Assembly: GCA_951406725.2 (NCBI GenBank)
Contig: OX597829.1
Span: 56,854,001 to 56,918,000, forward strand
Direction of reading: 5' to 3'
Source: Octopus vulgaris
Lineage: Eukaryota
DNA: 64,000 nt
A program made the translations under genes and the position numbers. Below are positions 1-12,568 of the stretch, piece after piece (within the stretch, counting starts at the first letter, position 1; each line of letters starts with the position of its first letter). The notes under the pieces are model-generated. The model saw only the letters and a program-made list of their open reading frames with translations. It did no database searches and was not told the DNA's origin.

Positions 1-371
1 TGCTAGCATGAAGAACGGACGTTAAACGATGATGATGATATGAACCTCTTGGTCAGTACCCTCCCCACTACATCTGCTCCACCAAAACTCTTCCCAACAT
101 CAAATGCCACTTTCCTCTTTTGTTATTCAAAACCATCTCACTTGTCAGCCATTCTTCATTAATACTGTTCTCCACATTCACGTTACAATGGCTATCCTAT
201 TTTCCCCTCCTATTATTTTTTCTCCTCTCGCATTAGAGCCTGTCTTATCTTCTTACTCCATTCCAATTGCAGAGGAGCGACAGTGTCACGTCACGTACAC
301 TGGTTGTCTTATATCACTCAGGGTAGCTTAGATCACAACTACTGTCAATTGATGGATTACAGCTTCTTTAA

Positions 372-569
372 CCCTTTTGTTACCATATTTCTGTTGTTTT
401 TTTTCAATTAATTTTGAAGACAACAAAGAATTTAGTAAAATAACTCAATTATCATTAAGCTAGTGTTAGGGACATAAATTGGACCAAGATTTTAATTCAG
501 AATTTTTGAAAACAAGACATTTGTATTACGGAGCCAGGGCTGGTTCCAGCCAGGTTGGTATAAAAAGGG
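372..569. mobile_element. piggyBac-type MITE
   Basis: TTAA|CCCTTTTGTTACC ... GGTATAAAAAGGG|TTAA: TTAA duplications at 368-371 and 570-573 with CCC/GGG termini. Related to the elements at 44962-45173 and 49841-50917. Confidence 0.75.
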
Positions 570-599
570 TTAAACCTAGGATTTCTAATATTCCTTTAT

Positions 600-830
600 A
601 TCCTTCAGTGTAACTATAATCTCTTTATGACTACTCTGTAGATGTTTCACAGAGTAAGGAAAGTGTATGAATTTGTTCTTTAGTGTGGGTGTTTGTTATG
701 AAGACATGCGGCCAATGTAATTTCTGTTGCATTTATTACAAACTGTAAGATATACGAAATGGGTCCGTAAACATGCAAACATTGTTGCATCGCATGTGTG
801 TATAGACTCTCAGGAAGGTCTAGTGTATGC
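600..830 (-). mobile_element. Degraded Penelope-like GIY-YIG endonuclease fragment
   Basis: Manual minus-strand translation gives FACLRTHFVYLTVCNKCNRNYIG, resembling the PLE motif FxCxxxNVIYxxxCxxCxxxYIG. A stop follows shortly after. Confidence 0.45.
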
Positions 831-2338
831 TAGCTGTATACACGATCCCTCCCTATGGATAGTAAGATAGATTTCATTGGATAATCTATCATTAAAGTGT
901 GGCAATATTAACTAGAAAGTTTTGTTGTTGATGGTGGTGGTGTTATATTATCAAGATATTATCAAGGGTGCTGGTATCTGTTGTCCATTAACATCGTTTG
1001 GAACTGCTTGGTGTTGGCAGTTCTGTCTCCTGCTTTTCTGTACCTGTTCTGTACGGGAGATATTCCATTTTGCATGTAAACAGCCTACATACGAATGAAT
1101 GGAAATGAGAAAATGTATAGGATTCAGGAGAGATGTAAAAGGGTAGGAGCTGTACAGAGGAGGAGGAGGAGGTACTGTATGATTAAAGTTAGTAGCAAAG
1201 GTGCGAGTCAGTTGAATTGGTGCGTGAGCGACAAAAAACAAGGTGGAAGTGGGTGTGAACAGGTGTTGCCATCCATCACTCTTGTTCTTATTGTTCTCAT
1301 TATCTTTTGTTATTCACTTATCCTGCTACCCAATTATCATGAGCCTATCACTCTCCCCATCTCTTCCATCAATTTCTATTTTGTCAGTCATTACCTCTGA
1401 AATTAAACATCCATTGGAGCACGCTTTACCCCAGTGATGTTTTTTTATATTTCACATAATGCACTATCAAAAAATACACATCATTGTAATGACTGGAATC
1501 CATCCACAAGATGAACCAAAAGTTATAAAACAGCTTGAAAGACTGAAAATTTCAGTTTTAGAAAGACAATATGAAGGGTAACTTCAAAATTACTGTCAAA
1601 CATTTCCTTGCAAAATATACAACATATAACTACACACACACACACAAACCCAAACAAACATATCTGAATATTTCATGTCTGTTTTTCATGCTAACATGAG
1701 ATGAGCAGAGATCTATTGTGAAAGTGTTTTACAGCTGTCACCAACCTATATCTATTCTTCAAGATATTTTTTATTCTACTGATCCTCAAAAGCTTACAAC
1801 TACAGAATATATTGTCATCATTGTCTTGTCCAGAAGGTGTCATAAAATGTAAACATCCATACATTATTCATTTTACATATTTTCCCAAGTAAGCACGAGT
1901 TACACAAATATGTTATTGAGGCATTGCTTTACAGTCAGATGCTCTTTTCGATGCTGACCCTTACTTGGTTTACAAGTAAAGGTTCTCTTATTTCATATGG
2001 TTCTGAATACATGAAATAACCTGACAGCTTGTTGACAGGAGAAACTGACACCACTAACATGTTTTCATACAAGCAAATGTAAACTAATTCAAACACACAC
2101 GCAAGGCATCTTTCAGTTTTTTTTTTCCTGTCAACCAGATCAACTCACAAGGCTTTATAAATGAACCATGTATGTAACATATAAATATTGTGCACACACG
2201 CACAATTGATATCTTGATCATGTCTCTTGATGTGATGAAAGAATAAATGAGTTGCTGCTTGGAGTTGTTACAAAACTCCAAATGTTCTGTGTTATGCACA
2301 TCATAATGGAATAGCAGATAATTAAAAGTGACAACTGA

Positions 2339-2371
<33 letters not shown>

Positions 2372-2602
2372 GGTTAAAATTCCACAAAACTCAGCTTAAA
2401 TCTCTTGGAGAACAATAGTATAATAAAATTTCTAGAATATGATGAATACCAGTTGCAGTAAAGTAGTAACATTAAAGACAGAATTCAAAGTGAATTTCTG
2501 GATATTATTCAAGGTAGCAATAAACTCTTGTTTGCTTTTGTTATTTTGAGAATATCAAGGATTTTGAAAAACACACATACATGCATATTTATCATCATCA
2601 TT

Positions 2603-2826
2603 TTAACCCTTTAGCATTTAAACAGGTCACATCCAGTCAAAATATTCTGCCTCTTTTATGTTCAAACTGGCCTGAATCCAACATCACATGCCTACTTGAC
2701 AATGTTACGGTGAAAATAAACTATCACATCACTGAATTCTTGAAGCCACAAGATAATGGATGATTAATTCAAATCAATGTGAATAAACATTACATTTGAC
2801 TGAAACATCTGAATGCTAAAGTGTTA
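2603..2826. mobile_element. piggyBac-like MITE (second family)
   Basis: TTAACCCTTTAGCATT ... AATGCTAAAGTGTTA terminal inverted repeats. Confidence 0.55.
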
Positions 2827-3059
2827 TTGTCTAATTTTTCCAAGCTTTCAAGAGTCAGATGGAATTTGTTGAGGCAGATTTTCTATGGCTGGATGCCCTT
2901 CCTGTTATCAATCCTCACCTGTTTACAGGTGAGGTAATATTTCTCCATATCTCAACATGTTTTTACCTCAATTGTATGATGATGATGCTCATTTACAACC
3001 ATCACATGATGTTTAGACAAGGTCGTACATAAACATACACACACATATAAACATATCCA

Positions 3060-3207
3060 ATGGGCTTCTTTCAGTGTTTGTCTATCAAATCTGCTCACAA
3101 GGCTTTGGTTGGTTTGGGGCTATAGTAGAAGACATCTACCCAAGATGCCGTGCAATGGAGCTGAACCTGAGACCACGTGATTAGGAAGCTTCTTAACCAC
3201 ATGGCCA
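3060..3207 (-). mobile_element. tRNA-derived SINE copy
   Basis: Shares the GGGCTTCTTTCAGT..CAAGGCTTTGGT..GTAGAAGACA..GAACC blocks with copies at about 14822-14975 (+), 22583-22730 (-) and 50957-51120 (+). Confidence 0.6.
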
Positions 3208-3559
3208 TCTATCATACTTTAACATCCTTTGCTCAGTTGAGGGCCTTGTCTTGCAAGCACTTGAGACTTTCACTGGTGCCTTGAAAGCAAAAACAAAAAA
3301 AAAGCACCCAGTAGTGGTTGGCATTAGGAAAGATATCCAGTTGTAGAAACCATGCTAAAGCAGGTACTGGAGCTCAGCACAGCCCTCTAGCTCATCAAAG
3401 CATGCAAGTAGTGAATCAGAGATGATGAATGACAATAAGATCCACATTTTATTAAAATTCAAACTTCATCTTTCCATTTATTTAAAACAGATACTGGTTA
3501 CAGCTCAGCCCAAATAATTTCTAATAAATTGTAGAGCACTTTCAGTAAATGAATGTCTT

Positions 3560-6500
3560 GATGTGCACAATGAAGATGTACTTTGTGAGAAAAGCTTGAA
3601 AGGAGACAGGTTGATGTATGCTGCATACAAGAGGTAAGATGGAGAGGAGCTTCAGCTAGGGTCCTCACAGGCAAGGCACATAGGTATAAAGTCTCCTGGC
3701 AAGGTAACATGGATGATGTAGGGGGTGTTGGCATACTCCTTGTGGAGAAATGGGTGAATAAGGTCATAGAGGTTGTCAGGGTATGCGACAGAGTGCTTAA
3801 GCTCAGGTTAGTCCTACAGAACAGAACAGCTACAATTATCTCCGCCTATACACTTCTACAGGCTACCTCAAAGACGACTGGCAATGACCTCATCTTTGTG
3901 GTTGGAGTCTTTAATGGGCATGTTGGGCATCTGGAGTCTTCACTGGGGTACACGGTGGCCATGGTATTGGCTCCCGAAAAGATGAGGAAACTAGGCTAAT
4001 GGAATTCTGTGATGCATGTAACCTTTTAATCTGCAACACTAACTTTAGGAAGTCAGACAGCCACCTCATAACCTATCAATCAGGGGTCTCTGTTAGCCAG
4101 ATTGATTTCATCCTCACGAGACAGCGGGACGCAGGATTTCTCTTAAATACAAAGGCTAGTCATTAGTGACTTTAGGCTCAAGACCATAAGGATACCAAGA
4201 AGCAGACCAATCCAGAAAAGAAGGATTTGGAAGCTAAAATAACCCTTCACATGGTCAGAGATTTAGGGACATCCTCATCAAGAAATTTGATGAGAGGGAG
4301 GAGAGGCTACAGATATTGGACATAGAAGGTAGGTGGAGATTCCTATGGGACAGCTTGCTGAGTGCCACAGACCAAGTCTGCAGATGGTGCAGGGTCCCTT
4401 CCAGACCTAGAGTTACGTGGTGGTGGAATAGTACGGTAGACAAAGCCATTAGACCAAAGAAACAGGCTTGGAAAGCCTGGAAGGATGGGGGTAGCAGGGA
4501 ACTGTACCAGGTAGCCAAAAGGAAGGCTGGGTGGCAGGTATACATAGCCAAGAGCAAAGCAGAAAAGAAGAAGTTTGCCAATGTCCAGCGACATGAGGAC
4601 CAAAGAACTGAGGTATTTTGGATTGCAAGACAGTGTGTGAGAGAAAATTGTGATGTCACAGGAGAGAAATGTGTCCGCATGGATGATGGTGCACTTGCTT
4701 TTAATGCTTCTGAAAAGAAAGAGGCTTGGAGAAGCCATTATGAAAGACTGCTGAATGTGGAAAATGAATGGGAGGAGGAGAGCCTGCCAAATGTTGACCC
4801 AGTAGAGGGACCAGCTATCCAAATAGACAGCTCCCTAGTAGATAAAGCAATTAAGGGTATGAAGCCAGAAAAAGCCCCTGGCCCATCAGCAATCACTGCT
4901 AAGATGCTTAAAACATTTGATGGTGTGGGCTATGGCCTAGTCACCCGCATTGTAAACCAGGTAGTTCATAATGGAGTCATACCCAATGACTGGCGTAGCA
5001 GCACCATAGTCAACTGCTACAAGGGTAAACGTGACGCTCTTGATAGAAATAACTACAGGGGTATCAAACTGCTGGATCAGGTGATGAAGGTCACGGAGAG
5101 GATTATAGCCCATCTCATTAAGGAGAGAGTCTGCTTAGATGAGATGCAGTTCAGTTTTGTTCTGGGTAGAAGCACCACTGATGCCATATTCCTGGTTCAA
5201 CAACTGCAGGAGAAATACCCAGCTAACGATAAACTCCTATACTTAGCTTTCGTGGACTTGGAGAAAGCCTTTGACAGGGTCCCACGATCCCTTATCTGGT
5301 GGGCGATGCAGAAACTGGAGATTGACGAATGGTTAATAAGGGCTGTACAGGCCCTATACAGAGAGGCCATTAGTAAGGTTAGGATTAACAACGTGTATAG
5401 TGAAGAATTCCAGGTAGAAGTAGGGGTCCACCAAGGTTCAGCCCTCAGTCCCCTTTTATTCATCATAGTCCTCCAGGTAATAACAGAGGAATTCAAGATG
5501 GGTTGCCCCTGGGAGCTCCTCTATGCTGATGACCTGGCTCTCATAGCAGAATCACTACCGGAACTAGAAAAGAAATTTTGGTTGTGGAAGCTAGGTTTAG
5601 AATCAAAAGGCCTTAGAGTCAATGTAGCAAAGACCAAAGTTCTAGTAAGTAGGAAGGCGAACTCACCACACCCCCCCTCAGGTAAGTGGCCCAGCTCGAT
5701 CTGTAGAAAAGGTGTAGGTAGAAACTCTATAAGATGTACCCAGTGTAAGCTATGGACGCATAAGAGGTGCAAAAACATCAAAGGAAAATTAACCTAGAAG
5801 ATAGCTTTCGAAACTAGAAGTAGTTGATAGTTTCTGCTATCTAGGTGACTAAGTTAGTAGTGGAGGTAGATGCTCAGAGAGTGTCACCACTAGAATACAA
5901 ATAGCCTGGGCAAAGTTTAGAAAGCTTCTACCCCTACTGGTGACAAAGGGTCTCTGGCTCAGAGTGAAAGGTAGATTGTACGACGCATGTGAGCCAACTG
6001 CCATGCTTCATGGTAGTGAAACATGGGCTGTGACTGTGGAGGACATGTGTAGGCTTGAAAGAAATGAAGCTAGCATGATCCGCTGGATGTGTAATGTCAG
6101 TGTGCACACATGATAGAGTGTAAGCACCCTGAGAGAAATGTTGGACATAAGAAGCATCGGATGTGGCATGCAAGAGAGACGTCTGTGCTGGTATGGTCAG
6201 TATGGTCATGAGGAGAGATGTGTGACTACGGATGGATGAGGAGAGATGTGTGAAAATATGCGTAGAATGCAAGGAGACGTGCCCACTCCCAAACAGTTGA
6301 AAGAATCCGGGGGAGAGGTAGACCCAGGAAGACATGGGATGAGGTGGTCAAGCATGACCTTCGAACGTTGGGTCTCACAGGGGCAATGAAGAAAGACTGA
6401 GATCTCTGGAGATATGCTGTGACTGTGAAAACCCAACAAATAACATGAGTTCATGGCTGTTTCCTGCTTCACATAGCAGCCCCAGCCCATCCAAAGTAAC

Positions 6501-6940
6501 ATGGATCACAGGATGGCCTGCTGTGCTTATCTTGGATCGTAGGGCAACCTGCTGTGCTTGAGGAAACCTATTGAGTCAAGTACTTCAACATCAAAATAAA
6601 AATCAAATAGAAATTGTAGTTGTGATACCTGTGCCAGTGGCATGTAAAAAGCACCATCTGAACATGGCTGATGCCAGCGCCGCCTTGACTGGCTTCCATG
6701 CCAGTGGCACATAAAAAGCACCAACCAATCGTGGATGTTGCCAGCCTCCCCTGTCACCTGTGCCAGTGGCACATAAAAAGCACCCACTACACTCACGGAG
6801 TGGTTGGCATTAGAAGGGCATCCAGCTGTAGAAACACTGCCAGATCAGACTGGAGCCTTGTGCAGCCTCCTGGTCTCCCAGACCCTGGTCGAACCATCCA
6901 ACCCATGCAAATGGACGTTAAACAATGATGATGATGATGA
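3560..6940 (+). mobile_element. RTE-clade non-LTR retrotransposon (LINE), near full length but disabled
   Basis: APE endonuclease motifs (RRVDVCCIQEVRW, GGVGILL, IISAY). ORF 4316-5797 has RT motifs KAPGPS, NYRGIKLL, FVDLEKAFDRVP, GVHQGSALSPLLF and LLYADDL. C-terminal remnant LHGSETWA. The 3' UTR ends GGACGTTAAACA(ATG)n. Several stops and frameshifts. Confidence 0.93.
4316..5797 (+). pseudogene. Reverse transcriptase ORF remnant of the RTE LINE (493 aa open stretch)
   Basis: YADD catalytic motif at 5522-5533. The open stretch is bounded by disabling mutations on both sides. Confidence 0.9.
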
Positions 6941-6945
6941 TGAAT

Positions 6946-7210
6946 AAAGGGTAAAATTAATTAATAATTTTACCAAGTAGTTCTGCACAGATGAGGTGAA
7001 ATAAGTAAGTAAATATAACTTTACTTTAGTCCCGAAACGCGTTTGTAGCTAATCTAAGTCATGTGGATTCGTTATTTTTTTTTGTCTTTGCCTATGTAAA
7101 AAAAGTGTGTTACAGTCAGGGAGATATTTATGGTAACGGAAAAGGTATTTTAACTGCTATTTCTAAATTCAGTGCATGGCGAAGCAATCAGCTGACCCCT
7201 GATTATAATT
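6946..7210 (+). mobile_element. Penelope-like pLTR fragment with decayed hammerhead motif and short inverted tail
   Basis: CTGCA-CAGATGA-G...C-GAAA-CGCG-TT-TGTAG at 6983-7048. 7150-7208 matches 33005-33068, and 6946-6980 matches 32536-32585. Confidence 0.6.
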
Positions 7211-7229
7211 ATGCTCATAATTATATATT

Positions 7230-7449
7230 TCTTTACTACCCACAAGGGGCTAAACACAGAGAGGACAAACAAATGGATTAAGTCGATTATATCGACCCCA
7301 GTGCGTAACTGGTACTTATTTAATCGACCCCGAAAGGATGAAAGGCAAAGTCGACCTCGGCGGAATTTGAACTCACAACGTAGCGGCAGACGAAATACGG
7401 CTACGCATTTCGCCCGGCGTGCTAACGTCTCTGCCAGCTCGCTGCCTTA
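7230..7449 (-). mobile_element. MetaSINE-type tRNA-derived SINE
   Basis: Minus strand has a tRNA-like head (GAGTTCAAATTCCGCC) followed by GTCGACTTTGCCTTTCATCCTTTCGGGGTCGATTAAATAAGTACCAG. Other copies at about 43380-43590, 49340-49475, 53820-54025 and 56590-56790. Confidence 0.75.
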
Positions 7450-7480
7450 TAATTATAGAATATTTGTATGTATATGTGCA

Positions 7481-7936
7481 TATAACCAAGAAAAAAGCAA
7501 CAATAATGGATCGGTAGTTTAGCACAATTGTTTCATACTATAAACATTTTATTTAAAGCTGCAAATATTACAGCAAATATAATGTCAAGTATTCATCAGC
7601 TAAACCACATATAGGTTTTCCATATATTCTTAACCAGCATCTTTCCTCATGCCTCTTGGAACTTATACCCACATCTTTATGAGTAGATTTATCTTCTCTG
7701 GGATGTTAATAATCAATTTAAAAACTTTGTATTGTTGGAAAACATATATAGTCTGCTTGGAATCTTACTTCAGATTCATGGAACTCACACCTACAACTTC
7801 ATAAGGATATTTACACTCTCTAAGAATATATGGAAAACCTATATTTGATTTAGCTGATGAATACTTGACATTATATTTGCTGTAATATTTGCAACTAAAC
7901 TACCGATCCATTATTGTTGCTTTTTTCTTGGTTATA
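7481..7936. mobile_element. Palindromic Penelope-like non-autonomous element (inverted pLTR arms)
   Basis: 7481-7632 is an inverted repeat of 7821-7936, with about 37 nt missing from the right arm. The left arm holds a hammerhead motif on the minus strand. Confidence 0.75.
7515..7607 (-). ncRNA. Type I hammerhead ribozyme motif (GUG at the cleavage triplet, probably inactive)
   Basis: Minus strand reads TGGTTTAG-CTGATGA-ATACT...AGTAT-GAAA-CAATTG-T-G-CTAAACTA. Stem I, the core, stem II and a palindromic stem III all pair. Confidence 0.75.
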
Positions 7937-8024
7937 ATCACCCCACATAATTTTATGGTTAATACCATAAAGAATTCTGGTGCATCTAAGTTAAGTACCA
8001 TATTCATTTGAATCTTAATTGTTT

Positions 8025-8070
<46 letters not shown>

Positions 8071-8119
8071 TATATATATCTGTGTATATAGGCCTGTTTG
8101 CAAAAAATTTCTTTGCTGG

Positions 8120-8680
8120 ATGTGTAATGTAAGTTACATGTTTGACAGAGTGCTAGTATTTTGAGAGAAAGGCTAGGTATAAGAGGATCGGTTGTTATGT
8201 GCAAGGGAGGGGGGACTGCACTGGTTTGGTCATGTGATGCAGATGGATGTTGACAGCTGCATAAAGAAGTGGATAGAATGTGTAGAAATAGGAGACCCAA
8301 GGAGAGAGGGGATGAAGTACTGAAGAACGGTCTCAGGATGCTGAACCTTTCGTGCGAGATGACAAAGGGCTGAGATGCCTGGCACTTGGCTGTACCCTGC
8401 AGCAGAAGTGTTAAGACCAATCCTTCTGGTGATGTAAAGCACTCATGGCAGTGCCACATAAAAGCACTTGAGTGGTGCCATGTAAAAAGTGCTTGTGCAC
8501 CCAGCACACCTTGTAAAGTGGTTGGCATTAGGAAGGGCAGCATCCAGCCGTAGAAACTATGCCAATGCAGACTGGATTCTTGTGCAGCTACCCATCTTGC
8601 TTATTCTGGTCAAGCCATCCAACCCATGCCAGCATGGACAACGGACGTTAAATGATGATGAAGATGATGGTGATGACTTT
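8120..8680 (+). mobile_element. RTE LINE 3' fragment
   Basis: Similar to 6085-6930 and ends GGACGTTAAATGATGATG. Confidence 0.7.
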
Positions 8681-11316
8681 TGACTCAACTCATTTCAAGA
8701 CCACATTATTACATATTCTAATGAAAAACAAATGTTTTATTTTCTTAAAAGATTTCAACTGAATGATCATTACCTTCTTTATCAGTACTTGTTTCAGTTA
8801 TGGACATTGTGTGGCACCATCCTGAAGAATTTTTAGTCAAATTAATCAACCTCAGGACTTATTCTTTGTAAGCCTGGTACTTATACTATTGGTTTCTTTC
8901 GCCGAACTGCTAAGTTATGGGGCCATAAACACACCAGCTGTCAAGTGGTGTAGGGGGGGGGATAAACATAGGCACAGACACATATAAATAAATGTGTGTG
9001 TGTGTGTGTAAACTGAACTTGGAACCTTGTGGTTGAGAAACAATCTTCTTAGCACACAGCCACGTAAATCATTTCTCTGTAAATTATAATTTGAAATGAC
9101 AGTCTATTTACTTAGTGATGCCAACAGGACCAATATGGAGCAAAAAAAGAAAAGAAAATGACGTTGACATGTTGGGTAACAACGAAGTGTCAAATATTCT
9201 TGCCCAGTGACAACGCGATCAGATTGCTGAGTCGGTTGATGGTAGACAACCAGCATTTGTTGTATGTAATCGTTGGATGACATTAACAACCTCTCGACGG
9301 TCCTGTCCAAATAGCTGTCAAGTAGATAACCTCGGGGTCATGTAAAACATCGCAGTAAACGGCAGAGCGACGTAATTTATTGGCTTGCGGAGAGAACGGC
9401 AAAGGAGGAAATTACATGCAATAATCCAGTGCCCTATCCAGGAGATTTATATTTCATCCACTTCAATGGGTTCTTGTGATCCTGAAATATTAGTTTCTTA
9501 AAGTCTAGACCATGAACTTATTTCTCTCAATACCGTGGGGGGCAGTAATAACCTACTTATTTCACCATTACTTTCGCCACGTGAAGGCCCCAAAATAAAT
9601 AAATAAACAAAAAGACCTCAAAGAAGAAATAGCTTATTCTTCCACTCGTAATAAAATTCATATGAATCGAACAGCAAAGGTTTACGGCCGTAAACAAGGA
9701 CCTTAAGATGGTTGCTGCTGTCATCGATATCGGAATAAGCCACATCGAGTATCTGTGTGTGTGTGTGTGTATATATATAAACTAACAATATAATTAGTAT
9801 CAAGTATCAAACGATATTCTGATGAGATAAAAACAGAAGCTCATTAAAAATTATTTTGATTTGCTGGGAATTTATTTTTAATCCTATTTCTCGTATTTTG
9901 TAAAATTGAATATCTTTGTTCTTCTGTTTAACCCTAACCCTTTAATGATCCGATAAAATTACATAGATTAATTAAAAGAAATGCGGGGGTAAAATGAACC
10001 TGGCAAAATGCAAGGAGTTACATTTTGTACCAAAAAGTTTTTCTTTGGCGAGGGAGTGGAGGTTGTTCGACCTCTTGTCGATACCGATCGAGCAGATCTA
10101 TGACCAAAGACAATCCAATTGTGACCAATACGTCTTTTTGTATAGCAGGGACAACGTATTTCCTATGTAACCTTTATTTAAATAACGGTATGAGTAATGA
10201 GAGGGATATGGTTAATACCTCCAGCAAGTCGAGTAACAACAGCGTACAGACTCCCTGGTTGACTTCATAACGGTACATATTTGTTTGACCCTCATCTAGC
10301 ACACATGTGATCAAAGGCGTTCCAGCCATGACCACAGCGTCTTTTTTGCCTATCAGTAACACTGAGCACTCTGTTGCCCCTTTTCACGCTTTCTCTTTAA
10401 ATACAAGAGTGTGATTTGAGGTCATTCGACTGTTATCTGTGGGGGATCGAGCAACTTCACTGAGGCCTCCATCGTTTAATCTCGTAACATGATATGCAAT
10501 TATATTATACATGTTGTGGCGAAGAGCAGAAACAAAATCTTTCTAAAAATCTGTGACGACTGTAACCTGGTTTCACTTCTCATTTGGAAATTAAAACTGT
10601 TGGAGTGTAAAAATGCACAACTACCAAAGCTTTGTCGATTCTTCATTCTTCGAAAAGCCAGAGATCGGCTTTTATGCCTTTGTAAGGAAGTTGCGAATAA
10701 GTAGTTGTGTTGGGGTTGGCTTTCGCAGGTACAGGATTAATCAAAGCACTTTCAAACGTATCCATTCCGCCTGCACACACACACACACACACACACAGGT
10801 TACATTATTCCAATGTGTCCATGTTTTCTAAAGTTGACAGAATGCGGTTTGGGGGAAATTAGGGCTGCTGCTATTACTAGCAGAGCTAACGACCATGTAC
10901 AGTTAGTCAAGCCGATTCGATCTAATTACATTTTAATTAAATCAGCCACTGTACACTAAAATGCATAATAAATCCGTACATACATTATATAAATATATAT
11001 ATATTTAGACACACACACACATCATATAAGTGTGTGTATTTAGTTTAGTAGAACGGTGCAAATAGCAAAAAGCAATGTTAAAGACTAGAAAGTGTGTAAG
11101 AATGCAGAAGTAAAAGACATTTAACAGGTTCCATCTGCACCTAAAACATCATTTAACAAAAGAGAGATTATAATAAGACGAAGGAATTCTTTCTTTTAAA
11201 GATCAGAATTATCGATCCTTCCCCCCCCCAATTGGCATCACTGACCGAATTCCATTACAAGAATTAAGTTAATATTTTAGAATAACAGTAAAAACATAAC
11301 TTTTATACACATCATC

Positions 11317-11396
<80 letters not shown>

Positions 11397-11949
11397 TGTA
11401 GTCTCACCGGATGCAGTTCAATGGAATTGGTAAATAAATTAGAAACAATGACATGAGATCATGATAAAAAGTCGGAATTGCCTTTCATTGTCTCTCCCCC
11501 CCTCTTCCTGTATCACCAGAGATTTTGGTGCAGAATTCTTTGAAATATAATTATTTATAAATTTCTGTCGGTCGACTAAAATCGAGCATCGAGATCTGTT
11601 CTCGATCTCTTCATTTGTAGACAATAGGTATAGACATACACACAAAATATATATACGTATGTGTATTGTATATACGTATACAAATATATACACGCTGTTG
11701 GAGGTTTGGTTCAAGTGTCCCTCGTGGGAAAGGGGAAAAAAAGGGGACGAAAACGAAGAGGGGTCAACACTTTCGGGCAATGATTTTCAAAGACACACAC
11801 ACGTATATATATAATGTATGGGTAGGTATGAAGGCTGTCCCATTTTCTCCATTCTTCCAACCAAGAACTCTCTGCTACTCGGTATCTCTTCTTCTTCGTC
11901 ACAAAAACATTCAAGATGTGAATAAATAAAAGAAGAAGGGAAAACCTAC

Positions 11950-12114
11950 CAATTTGTCGATGCGAACCTCGAAGAGCTGATTGTCGCGGAGTGGCTCGCT
12001 GCTCAACACAACAGCATTGCTGAACTCTTGTGTCGGATTGTTTCTTTTGGCCGTTCTATTACCGTTACATAATACTACCAAAGACCCAGTTCGGTTGTGG
12101 AACTTCGAAGCCAT
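11950..12114 (-). CDS. NEURL4: Neuralized-like protein 4, first coding exon (start of NHR domain 1)
   Basis: MASKFHNRTGSLVVLCNGNRTAKRNNPTQEFSNAVVLSSEPLRDNQLFEVRIDKL matches the first NEURL4 NHR repeat (human ...[50 protein letters not shown]). A phase-0 donor GTAGGT follows at 11949. I did not find exon 2 inside the window. Confidence 0.85.
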
Positions 12115-12531
12115 TCTTTTTTAAAAAAAAAAATAATCCAACAACAACAACACAAACAACACCAAAAGCGGAGCCGCTGCTGCTGCTGCTGCTGCCGCCG
12201 CTGTTGTTGTTGTCGCTGCTGCTGCTGCTGTCGCTCATACTCTCGACAGCACTGTTGTTATTCCTAATTGGGATAAATATATATTTTTTTTTAAAACCTA
12301 TAGATAAAATTTCGATGAATGAATAAACATTTTATTTCTATAGATTTTTATATTGAGTTTGTTTCTATTTATGTATATTGTATTTGTCTTGACGAGGGAG
12401 TCTACATCGATATATGAATGTATATATAAATATATACATCTGGCTGCATCGCTGGTTAGAGGTTAATTGATGATGTCTATATATTGCTCACGTGATGGTA
12501 ACTCACTGACACAAGGAAACACATTGAGAAA
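12115..12531. promoter_or_regulatory. Putative bidirectional promoter and 5' UTRs between NEURL4 and ING5
   Basis: Divergent ATGs are 417 bp apart. Palindromic E-box TCACGTGA at 12488-12495. Locally CpG-rich. Confidence 0.65.
12173..12232. repeat. Compound CTG/CCG/TTG trinucleotide repeat in the presumed NEURL4 5' UTR
   Basis: gccgctgctgctgctgctgctgccgccgctgttgttgttgtcgctgctgctgctg. Confidence 0.8.
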
Positions 12532-12568
12532 ATGGCCACCGCGATGTATCTCGAACATTACCTCGACA
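12532..12568 (+). CDS. ING5: Inhibitor of growth protein 5 (ING4/5 family), exon 1
   Basis: MATAMYLEHYLD(S), identical to the vertebrate ING5 N-terminus. Donor GTAAGT at 12569. Confidence 0.93.

Noticed and set aside
9150-9483. Candidate NEURL4 exon 2 (minus-strand acceptor near 9482)
   Set aside because: All three frames stop quickly and none shows the expected VNSWSGSIEIG-like NHR continuation.
9819-9850. CTGATGAG...CTC resembling a hammerhead 5' core
   Set aside because: No GAAA, stem III or stem I follows.
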